Positions 1-8,115 of a stretch of DNA of 64,000 nt are shown here, in pieces; positions within the stretch are counted from its first letter, which is position 1, and every line of letters begins with the position of its first letter. Below the pieces are notes generated by a model. That model worked only from the letters and a program-made list of their open reading frames with translations, was not told the origin of the DNA and did no database searches. Made by a program: the position numbers and the translations under genes. Source of the DNA: Deltaproteobacteria bacterium (lineage in GTDB: Bacteria > Myxococcota_A > Polyangia > HGW-17); contig JAFGWM010000053.1 of the NCBI GenBank assembly GCA_016937155.1, forward strand, positions 15,495 to 79,494. The letters are read 5' to 3'.

Positions 1-15
1 TCCGGAAATCTATGG

Positions 16-1074
16 TTATAGACTTTCATCCCAGTCTTTCCAGACCGGTTCAAAACCTTTTGCAGTTATAACTTCAGATATTTCTTTGGGACTTCTGGAA
101 TCATCTATTTCAAACTGCTCCAGAGAGGCCCCTGAGCCGCTATATCCACCAACCATGGTAGAGCTGCCGGCGCTCATTCTTGTAATACCAAGACCAATGA
201 AACCATCCCTCAGGGAACTGCTTTCTCTGGTGGACATAACAAGCTCGGCATCAGGAAAAGCAATTCGTAGAGAAAAAATCATTAGTGCCAGTTCTTCATC
301 ATTTACAGGAAAATCCACCTGAAAATCACCTTCATGGGGGCGAAGACGAGGGAAACTCACAGCAATACGAGCACGCCAGTCGATTTTCATTACTTCATGA
401 GTATGACGATAAAGCTCAATGATTTCCTCCCTCCAGGGTGCCAGACCCAGCAAAAATCCCATGCCAATACTTTTCATTGAAGCCCTGGCAGCTCTGATGG
501 GTGTCTGATAACGATAGTCATAGTCCTTTTTTGGTCCGGCCACATGAACACTTTTATAAATATCACGATTATAAGTTTCCTGATAAATTGTAACCCCGTC
601 ACATCCTGCTTTAACCAGCTCGCTGTATTCATCCGTTGACATCGGGAAAACTTCTATACTCACATGCTCCATATGCTCCTTGGAAATTTTCACCATTTCC
701 TTAAGATAAGAGACATCTGTGATATGTGGAGCTTCACCAGTAAGTAGTAACACATGCCTGAAGCCTTCATCCTTCAGAGCTGCAAGTTCTTTTCTTACTT
801 CTGAAGAAGTCAGCTTCTTTCTGTCAATTCGGTTGTGAACATTAAAACCACAGTATTTGCATGAATTTATACAGTAACTACTGAGATAAAGTGGTGCATA
901 AAGAGAAATTGTCTTCCCAAAGCGCCTTAACGTAATACTTCTGCTGGCCCAGGCAAGCTGTTCAATAAAAGGAAGACTCTTTTCACTAATCAGTAGTTGA
1001 AAATCATCTTCAGATATAAAATCTTTTGAAATAATATTCTCAAGTTGTTTCTGATGGCTGTTGTTGGAGTGCAT
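16..1074 (-). CDS. thiH: 2-iminoacetate synthase ThiH (radical-SAM tyrosine lyase, thiazole biosynthesis)
   Basis: 352-aa ORF with radical-SAM CxxxCxxC box (CINSCKYC) near the N-terminus and a full-length ThiH-like layout. Its ATG lies 1 nt after the thiG stop. Confidence 0.85.
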   Translation of the reverse strand: MHSNNSHQKQLENIISKDFISEDDFQLLISEKSLPFIEQLAWASRSITLRRFGKTISLYAPLYLSSYCINSCKYCGFNVHNRIDRKKLTSSEVRKELAALKDEGFRHVLLLTGEAPHITDVSYLKEMVKISKEHMEHVSIEVFPMSTDEYSELVKAGCDGVTIYQETYNRDIYKSVHVAGPKKDYDYRYQTPIRAARASMKSIGMGFLLGLAPWREEIIELYRHTHEVMKIDWRARIAVSFPRLRPHEGDFQVDFPVNDEELALMIFSLRIAFPDAELVMSTRESSSLRDGFIGLGITRMSAGSSTMVGGYSGSGASLEQFEIDDSRSPKEISEVITAKGFEPVWKDWDESL

Positions 1075-1075
1075 C

Positions 1076-1876
1076 TTATTTTCTCAAAAAACCGGTAAGC
1101 GGACTGGACGCCCTTGCTTCGTTAAATACTGTTCCAGGTCTGGAAAGATATGCCATTCTCCCGGCTTTAACTCCTAAAGCAAATGCCTCTGCCATAAGTG
1201 CAGGATTGTCAGCTGTTGCAATGGCAGTATTTGCTAAAATTGCACTGGCTCCAAGTTCCATTGCTTCGCTGGCATGAGAAGGAAGCCCAAGACCAGCATC
1301 AATAACAACAGGTATTTTGACCCTGTCGATTATAATCCTTAACTGCTCAACAGTTTTCAATCCCTTGTTGGTACCAATAGGTGCAGCAAGAGGCATTACT
1401 GTGGCACATCCTGCATCTTCCAGGTGCAAAGCAAGTATGGGATCCGCGTTGATATAGGGTAAAACCGTGTATCCCTGAGATATGAGAATAACTGCTGCTT
1501 TAAGAGTTTCCACAGGATCCGGTAACAGAGAAGCAGGATCCGGGGTTACTTCAAGCTTAACCCATGAATGCCCCACTAAAGCCTTTCCAAAAGCAGCAAG
1601 CCTGACAGCCTCCTGAGCATTTCTTGCACCACTGGTATTTGGTAAAAGCAGAACACTTTTCTGGTCTATCCCCGCTGTGGCAGGTTCTTCACCGCGGGAT
1701 TCAAGATTTACCCTTCTTATTGCAACGGTCACGACTTCACTTTGTGCCTTGTTAATAGCCATCTCCAATTGTCCGGGAGAACTGAATTTTCCGGTGCCAA
1801 TAAAAAATCTGCTTTTGAATTTTTTACCTGCAATTTCCAGATAATCATCATCCATAATACTGACAGTATTTTCCAA
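1076..1876 (-). CDS. thiG: Thiazole synthase ThiG
   Basis: 266-aa ORF with ThiG hallmarks FKSRFFIGTGKF and LLLPNTSGA. The TTG at 1876 has GGAG 7 nt upstream. The in-frame ATG at 1855 has no SD, so the TTG is preferred. Confidence 0.9.
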   Translation of the reverse strand: MENTVSIMDDDYLEIAGKKFKSRFFIGTGKFSSPGQLEMAINKAQSEVVTVAIRRVNLESRGEEPATAGIDQKSVLLLPNTSGARNAQEAVRLAAFGKALVGHSWVKLEVTPDPASLLPDPVETLKAAVILISQGYTVLPYINADPILALHLEDAGCATVMPLAAPIGTNKGLKTVEQLRIIIDRVKIPVVIDAGLGLPSHASEAMELGASAILANTAIATADNPALMAEAFALGVKAGRMAYLSRPGTVFNEARASSPLTGFLRK

Positions 1877-1885
1877 ATTGCCACT

Positions 1886-1913
1886 CCATCCCCGCTCAAA
1901 ACATACGGGATGG
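1886..1913 (-). promoter_or_regulatory. 7-bp stem hairpin (CCATCCC / GGGATGG, 14-nt loop) whose 3' arm overlaps the thiG Shine-Dalgarno
   Basis: Read directly. The mRNA-sense 3' arm GGGATGG runs into GGAG (1884-1887), which lies 7 nt before the TTG start. Confidence 0.3.
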
Positions 1914-2093
1914 AGATTTTACCAGAAATTTTTTCTTTTATGAATTTATTTTCCGACAAATTAAGGAATCGCAGTTCCATAATTAACTGAAAATTCAATC
2001 TGTTAAAGACATCATACAATATTAGACAGATAAAATTATTTTTTTTGGGTGAAAATTGACTACAACAAGTTATATTTTCTTTCGGGGTGAAAC

Positions 2094-3929
2094 ATGTATT
2101 ACATCTATTTTATCATTTCTTTTGTTACGGCTCTTAACTCAACCACTTATTCTGAGCGTCTTAATGCAGCATATAAAAATAACGAGATCTCATTGAGAGA
2201 GAGGATAGATTTTGCTGAAAATGCCCTTAAAAACCCTAAGCTGCTTCCAGATAAATGGAAAAATATTCTTTATTCAAATCCAGTGATGCCCTGGGAAGGC
2301 ACATCACTGCTGGTTGAAGCATTTCAGTTGAGAATGCTGAATAATCTGAAGGCCGACTATACAATGCCTGCTGAACTGGAATTTCATCTGGACAGCGGAA
2401 ACTATCCAATCAGAGTGTATTATTCCAATGCATCACAGGAACAGCTTGCCCAGAGTGTTCTTCTTGCTGCTGATTACAGCTGGCAAGTGGAAATTGAAGA
2501 GTTTGGTTTTTATGCACCACCTATTGTTACCCCGGAGGGACGTTACAGAATATATATCGCCGACACAGGAATGGGTGGAGGTGGATATACTGCTCCTATC
2601 AGCGATTACCCTGACACCCTCAGAGATGACTGTGTAACTTACATTTACATTGATCCGAGCAATGACCCGATGACATCTGAAGGCGTAGTTGCCCATGAAT
2701 TGAATCACAGTATGCAGGCATCGATGGATTGCATTGAAACTACGGCCTTCTGGGAAAATACTGCCACATATATGATGCTGGCGGTATATCCTGACACTTC
2801 TTACTATGTGGGGTATTTTGCTGAGCCTTTTCAGGGTAATCCCTGGATGAGCCTGAGCGATGGTGGTCAGAATGATTACTACTGGTATGGCGGTTATCTC
2901 TGGCCTTTATGGCTTTCAGAGCATTATACCGGTGATTTTCAGGATGCAACCCTTATAAGGAAAATATGGGAGGATTCGATTCAGGAAAGCAACTTCTCGA
3001 ATAACTCTCCAAATTACATGGAAGCAATTGATTCAAATCTTCAGGCGGATCACAATGAGACCCTTGTGGATGCATTCAGAAAGTTCAATGTTGCCAGATA
3101 CTTCACCGGATACAATTACATAAGCGGCAAAACTGATTTACCCTTCGCCGAGGATGCTTACTATTACCCGGAATACACATCGGTAATATATTTGGATGAA
3201 ACTTTTTCTAAAACGCCTACCACCACTTTACCTAAAAAGTTCGGTGTAAATTATTATCTGATTGGTAATCCCGGAAATTATTCGCGTGAAACTGTGATCC
3301 GACTCACACCTGCCAGAAATCCTGAAGAATGGAGTATGCAGCTGGTTTCCAAGGAGACCGGTGTTGAAAATCTATACTCTTCACCCGCTGATGATGCTCA
3401 CATTATAATTCTGAATCCGTCAGATACGGGTGAAGCAGTTCTGATTGTTGAAAGAAACGGAGGAACAGACTTTGATCCCGATTCAATTGGCAGCTCATCA
3501 AGTTATACTTTGGATGTTTATCCTGAAATACCTCCCCCTGAAATTACGATGATCATGCCTCAAAGCGCTTTTAATGAATCCACAGAAACTGTTTCCGTTT
3601 TTGGAGAAAATTTTGATGAAAATACAGTTTTAACATTCAGTCCAGGAACAGGTATTAGTGTTGAAAACTGTACTCTGGAAGGAACCACAAGGATAAACTG
3701 CACTTTAATAATGGATGAAACTGCTCTTGGCCCTCAGGATGTAGTTATATCAACTGTTCTTGACGAAGTAACTTTAGAAGACGGTTTTACAGTAATGGAG
3801 AATACAGAGACCGATTCATCATCTTCCGGTTGCAGTTGTTCCAGTACTACTTCCGGACCTTTGAAAAACAATATAATTATGATGCCACTGCTTATGCTTA
3901 TGGCATTCATTTTAAGGAGGCGTTTATAA
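2094..3929 (+). CDS. Secreted HExxH zinc-metalloprotease-like protein with IPT/TIG-like domain and Cys-box C-terminal sorting tail (paralog A)
   Basis: 611 aa. N-terminal hydrophobic signal/anchor, HELNH motif (VVAHELNHSMQ), and a late beta-sandwich-like segment (PPPEITMIMPQ...VSVFGENF...). Tail is GCSCSSTTSGPLKNNIIMMPLLMLMAFILRRRL. Confidence 0.7.
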   Translation: MYYIYFIISFVTALNSTTYSERLNAAYKNNEISLRERIDFAENALKNPKLLPDKWKNILYSNPVMPWEGTSLLVEAFQLRMLNNLKADYTMPAELEFHLDSGNYPIRVYYSNASQEQLAQSVLLAADYSWQVEIEEFGFYAPPIVTPEGRYRIYIADTGMGGGGYTAPISDYPDTLRDDCVTYIYIDPSNDPMTSEGVVAHELNHSMQASMDCIETTAFWENTATYMMLAVYPDTSYYVGYFAEPFQGNPWMSLSDGGQNDYYWYGGYLWPLWLSEHYTGDFQDATLIRKIWEDSIQESNFSNNSPNYMEAIDSNLQADHNETLVDAFRKFNVARYFTGYNYISGKTDLPFAEDAYYYPEYTSVIYLDETFSKTPTTTLPKKFGVNYYLIGNPGNYSRETVIRLTPARNPEEWSMQLVSKETGVENLYSSPADDAHIIILNPSDTGEAVLIVERNGGTDFDPDSIGSSSSYTLDVYPEIPPPEITMIMPQSAFNESTETVSVFGENFDENTVLTFSPGTGISVENCTLEGTTRINCTLIMDETALGPQDVVISTVLDEVTLEDGFTVMENTETDSSSSGCSCSSTTSGPLKNNIIMMPLLMLMAFILRRRL

Positions 3930-5746
3930 TGCTGGTGGCAATTCTTATTTTCAGCCTGATTCAGTCAACAACGTGGATTGAAAAGCTGCAGGATGATTTT
4001 TATTCCGGGAAAATATCACTGGATGAAAAACTGGATATACAAAGGAGAGCTGTTGTATCACCAGAGACTCTTCCGGAAAAATGGCGTGAAATTATTAAAA
4101 AATATCCAGCTGAAATGCAGAGTGCAACACCACTACTTGTTGATGCATTCCAAAAATCCAGAATTCCAAAGGCTTACAATATGCCTGATCCTATGGCTTA
4201 TTATCTTGACAGTGTAATATACCCAATCAGGGTTTATTATTATCAGGAAAGTCAACTTGAACTAGCCACCTCGGTTTTAGAAGCTGCAGATGAAAGCTGG
4301 ATGAAAGAAATTGATGAGTTTGGTTTTTATGCACCTCCCATAACAACCCCTGAAGAAAAATATCGGATTTTTATCATGGGTGCCAGCGGTGCCAGTGGCT
4401 ATACTTCACCCATTGGAAGCTATGATGAAACACCATGGGATGATTGTGTCACTTACATAGTAATCGAAGAAAACTCATATCCACAGATGGCCAAATCAAC
4501 TGTAGCACACGAGTTAAGCCATGCCACTCAGGGTGCTATGGATTGCATGGAGCCCGTTGTGTTTTGGGAAAACACAGCAGTATTTACTGAAATTGCTGTT
4601 TATCCTTCAATTATTGGATGGATGAGATATTACGCCCAGTATTTTCAGGAAAGTCCCTGGTGGTCGATAAGTGAAAACGAAACCCCTTACTGGTATGGTG
4701 GTTTTTTATGGCCTCTTTTTCTGGCTGATAAATTCGGCTCAGGACCCCATGATGGAAATTTCGTTCAGGAAATCTGGGAAAGAAGCATGCAGGAAACTGG
4801 AAATTCCACAAATGATCCCAATTATATGGAGACAATTACCGAAATGATAGAGGAAGGAGGCTCAACTCTGGATGAGGCCTTTACTCTTTTCAGTGTAGGA
4901 AGATTTTTTGTAGGAAGTGATACCAGCAGTGGGTATGAAATAATTCCATTCTCGGATCAACTTGATCTCAGTGTTCCAATACAAAAAACAATTTATGTTG
5001 ATGAGGAAACTACATACGAACCACCATCATCAGAAAGACCAAAGCCGTATGGAATAAATTATTTCAGACTCAGAAGCGATTCACTTAACAGACCCACAAC
5101 AATTGAATTAAAGGAAGAATCCGAAGTGAATTCATGGCAGCTTACCCTTGCACCAATAAATGGCTCAATTGAGGATATTATTTCATCTTCTTCAACTGAG
5201 AAGGGTAGTGTATCCATAGAATTTGATCCCTCAGAAACAGGGGATATGTTATTGCTTGTTATTAATAAGGGCAAAGACTCCTTTAGTTTTAATTCCGTGC
5301 CTGTTTATGGAACAGATTATCAGTTGACAGTCAGACCAACAGTTCCCCTTCCGGAAATAAGTACTGTTCTTCCTCAAACTGTTGAAAGTGGAAGTAAAGT
5401 TACCGTGACGGTTTTCGGTTCTGATTTCATTGAAGGTGCAACGGTGGAATTTTTTCCGGCGGATGATATTGAAATTACAAATATAAACTTCATCGACAGC
5501 TCCAAAATGGAAATTACCCTGGTTACACCGGAAGATACCGTTCCCGGAGTGCGTCAGATTACCGTTATCAATCCTGATGAAGGTCAGGGTTCTCTGGCCA
5601 GCGGACTCAACTTTGTTGATCCTGTGAAATACTCCACTCAGCCAGGAAGCGGATGTTCTTCCAGCGGTGAAAATAACTCTTCAGATCCATCTATACTCCT
5701 TATTTTCACGCTGATGACTTTTTTAATATTCAGAAGAAAAATCTGA
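3929..5746 (+). CDS. Secreted HExxH zinc-metalloprotease-like protein with IPT/TIG-like domain and Cys-box C-terminal sorting tail (paralog B)
   Basis: Start re-set to ATG 3929 (TAATG overlap with the upstream stop, AAGGAGG at 3914-3920), giving MLVAILIFSLIQ signal. HELSH motif (TVAHELSHATQ). Collinear similarity to paralog A along the whole length. Tail is GSGCSSSGENNSSDPSILLIFTLMTFLIFRRKI. Confidence 0.7.
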   Translation: MLVAILIFSLIQSTTWIEKLQDDFYSGKISLDEKLDIQRRAVVSPETLPEKWREIIKKYPAEMQSATPLLVDAFQKSRIPKAYNMPDPMAYYLDSVIYPIRVYYYQESQLELATSVLEAADESWMKEIDEFGFYAPPITTPEEKYRIFIMGASGASGYTSPIGSYDETPWDDCVTYIVIEENSYPQMAKSTVAHELSHATQGAMDCMEPVVFWENTAVFTEIAVYPSIIGWMRYYAQYFQESPWWSISENETPYWYGGFLWPLFLADKFGSGPHDGNFVQEIWERSMQETGNSTNDPNYMETITEMIEEGGSTLDEAFTLFSVGRFFVGSDTSSGYEIIPFSDQLDLSVPIQKTIYVDEETTYEPPSSERPKPYGINYFRLRSDSLNRPTTIELKEESEVNSWQLTLAPINGSIEDIISSSSTEKGSVSIEFDPSETGDMLLLVINKGKDSFSFNSVPVYGTDYQLTVRPTVPLPEISTVLPQTVESGSKVTVTVFGSDFIEGATVEFFPADDIEITNINFIDSSKMEITLVTPEDTVPGVRQITVINPDEGQGSLASGLNFVDPVKYSTQPGSGCSSSGENNSSDPSILLIFTLMTFLIFRRKI

Positions 5747-5753
5747 TAAAAAA

Positions 5754-6905
5754 TCAGTTTTTCCCCAAGTGCGTTTTCATAACACTAACCGTTTTTTGAA
5801 TTTTTCCGTTTTCATAGAGAAGCTTTAATTTTTTTGCCAGAAGTTCCGTGACCTGCTGTCCCCGACTTACCAGAAGAATTCCATTTTCAGTACGAACCTC
5901 TTCAACAAAAATATCATCTGAACTCACCATATTCAGAAGAAGTGTAACAATACTGAATTTATCTTCAATTCCACTTACCGTATTCAACGCTGCAAGAATT
6001 GTGGGGTCATACCTTGTATTATGGAGATCCATAATTTTTAGAGCCTTCTCAACACCCCCCTCAAGCCTCGAATACCGGTCAAAATCAGTTGCAGCTTTTA
6101 AAATTCTGCTTTCAATAGGAATATCCTGTCCCTGAACACTGTCATCGGGATATCCTCCACCATTGTAATATTTTTCCTGAAATTTTATTGCTCTTGCCAC
6201 AACGCCCATTCTCGGAATTTTTGAAATAAGTTCATATGTGGTCTCACAGTGACTGCAGTAGTGAACCATCTCATCCGAGGACAATTCACCACCATCAAGA
6301 TATTTTTCCACAAGATATGGATTTAAAACAATAGTGCCAATTAAAGAAAGCATGGCAGCAGTCTCAATGTGCCATATTGAATCTAGTTTCAGTGTCCTAG
6401 CAAGCATAGCTGAAATACGTTTTATTCTTCCAGATCGACCGAAAATTTCCGGATTAATCATTGCATTCAAATCACTCAGTACACCTATGGATTCTTTAAG
6501 GGTATTTTCAAGAAGTTCTTTTTCAGATATCAAAAGCTTATAATATCTTATCGCTTCATAAAGTGCTCTTGAAAGAGCAACACTGGAAACGGGTTTTGTA
6601 AGAAACCGGAATATTTCACCATCATTTATTGCTTTTACTGCACTATCAACATCAGCGTTGCCTGTAAGCATAATTCTCACTGTATCCGGTGAGAAGGCCT
6701 TTACCTTGGAAAGGAATTCTATACCATCCAGATGAGGCATCCTCAGATCACTTACCACAGCAGCATATTCACAACCGTTTTTCATTTTTTCAAGCCCCTC
6801 AAGTGGACCTAGAGCAAAATCCATATTGAAGTTTTTTCTGAACTGTCGTTTGAATGCATCAAGAATACTTTTATCGTCATCAACAAATAATATTTTATCG
6901 CTCAT
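5754..6905 (-). CDS. Response regulator: receiver domain + degenerate HD-GYP-like output domain
   Basis: Start set to MSDKILFVDDD (ATG 6905). REC motifs (VVSDLRMPHLDG, LTKP). The C-terminal domain keeps GGGYPDD and IPIESRILKAATDFDRY, but the HD and HHE metal ligands are replaced (SLIG, FQEKY). Confidence 0.7.
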   Translation of the reverse strand: MSDKILFVDDDKSILDAFKRQFRKNFNMDFALGPLEGLEKMKNGCEYAAVVSDLRMPHLDGIEFLSKVKAFSPDTVRIMLTGNADVDSAVKAINDGEIFRFLTKPVSSVALSRALYEAIRYYKLLISEKELLENTLKESIGVLSDLNAMINPEIFGRSGRIKRISAMLARTLKLDSIWHIETAAMLSLIGTIVLNPYLVEKYLDGGELSSDEMVHYCSHCETTYELISKIPRMGVVARAIKFQEKYYNGGGYPDDSVQGQDIPIESRILKAATDFDRYSRLEGGVEKALKIMDLHNTRYDPTILAALNTVSGIEDKFSIVTLLLNMVSSDDIFVEEVRTENGILLVSRGQQVTELLAKKLKLLYENGKIQKTVSVMKTHLGKN

Positions 6906-8115
6906 TTTTTTCCTCCAGAACAGGAACAACTTTCTCACGGATTTCATCCAGAAGATTATCCACCCCGATTTTTCCAAGGTATTTCATATCGAGTTCACCT
7001 CTTTCAAACTGTACTTCATTCATAAGTTTCATTTCATGATCCAGATGATTAGCAATATATACTGCAGTTAAAGGTCTGAATTCATCACTAGGGCTGTATG
7101 GAGCGTGATGAAAAGCGATTGCTTCCACTACAGGTTCAGTAAGTCCCCACAGTCCAAGAAGATATGCTCCCACTTCGGCATGAGTTGTTCCCATAATTTC
7201 AGTCTCCACATCCCACATCAGCCTCTCTTCTTTTTTAACCTTGTTCAATATCAGTGAATACTGGGCAGTAAAATTAGCCCCCATTATCAGTTTTCCAACA
7301 TCATGAAGCATACCTGCTATAAAGGAATCCTCAGCAATTTCTTTATCAGAGCTACATGTTTCAGATACTATTCTTGAAATTTTCCCGACTCTGAGACAGT
7401 GCTCCCAGAGCATTTCAAAACTGAAAAGTTTCATTGATTTCTGTTCAAAAACACTAAAGATATGTTCATAAAGTATGAGACTCTTCAAGATGTTCAATCC
7501 TATAAGATTCACGGCCTGTTCAGTACTTGAAATATGCCTTGCAAAGCCAAAAAAGGATGAATTTACAAGTTTCATAATTTTCGCGCTCATACCAACATCT
7601 TTTGAAATTATATAACCTATTTCCTTCATACTGCTGTCAGGGTTGTTAAGTTCTCCAAGTAATTCATTATAAACACTGGGTAAAACAGGTAGAGTTTCAA
7701 TCTGGCTGATGAGTTTTTTTACAGTTTCATTGGATATTATCCGGCTCATTCCCAGAGCTCTCTCGACAACATCTTTCAACTTTGCCCCATCACAGGGCTT
7801 GGACAGATACTGATGTGCAGGAAGTATGGATTTCAAAACCAGTTCAATATCACTGTGACCACTAAGCACAATTCTCACTGTTTCAGGATACAGCTTCATT
7901 ACCTCAGTCAGAAGTTCTGCACCGTTCATTTCAGGCATCCTCATATCTGAAACAATGACTTCAAATTTAATAATTTTCATAAGTTTGAGTGCCTGTTCAC
8001 CGCTGACTGCAAATGACATTTCCCAGATATCTCTCATGGGTCTCAGCATCCTTCTGAGCCCATTGAGGACATTCAGTTCATCATCCACAAAAAGAATACG
8101 ATATTTCATACTCAA
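6895..8115 (-). CDS. Response regulator: receiver domain + HDOD domain
   Basis: 406 aa. REC (ILFVDDE, VSDMRMPEMNG, LSKP), then HDOD-like LPVLPSVYNELLGEL...GMSAKIMKLVNSSFFG...GMLHDVGKL...HAEVGAYLL. ATGA overlap with the upstream kinase gene. Confidence 0.85.
   Translation of the reverse strand: MSMKYRILFVDDELNVLNGLRRMLRPMRDIWEMSFAVSGEQALKLMKIIKFEVIVSDMRMPEMNGAELLTEVMKLYPETVRIVLSGHSDIELVLKSILPAHQYLSKPCDGAKLKDVVERALGMSRIISNETVKKLISQIETLPVLPSVYNELLGELNNPDSSMKEIGYIISKDVGMSAKIMKLVNSSFFGFARHISSTEQAVNLIGLNILKSLILYEHIFSVFEQKSMKLFSFEMLWEHCLRVGKISRIVSETCSSDKEIAEDSFIAGMLHDVGKLIMGANFTAQYSLILNKVKKEERLMWDVETEIMGTTHAEVGAYLLGLWGLTEPVVEAIAFHHAPYSPSDEFRPLTAVYIANHLDHEMKLMNEVQFERGELDMKYLGKIGVDNLLDEIREKVVPVLEEKNER

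Noticed and set aside
1729-2019. 96-aa minus-strand ORF upstream of and overlapping the thiG start, considered as a thiS candidate
   Set aside because: It has no ThiS-like ubiquitin-fold pattern and no C-terminal Gly-Gly. It overlaps thiG in another frame and is AT-rich leader sequence, so it is most likely a spurious ORF.
1877-2093. TPP (THI-box) riboswitch expected in front of thiG
   Set aside because: The conserved CUGAGA core and the pyrophosphate-sensor helix pattern are not visible on the thiG-sense strand. Only a small hairpin is present, reported separately at low interest.
3830-3928. N-terminal 33-codon extension of the second metalloprotease ORF overlapping the first gene
   Set aside because: The extension lies inside the sorting tail of paralog A in another frame. 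ATG 3929 has a strong AAGGAGG and yields a proper signal peptide.
5741-5757. CTGAT-AAAAA-ATCAG palindrome formed by the two convergent stop codons of the metalloprotease B and response regulator genes
   Set aside because: A 5-bp stem is too weak to call a terminator. It is probably a coincidence of TGA / TCA stop contexts.
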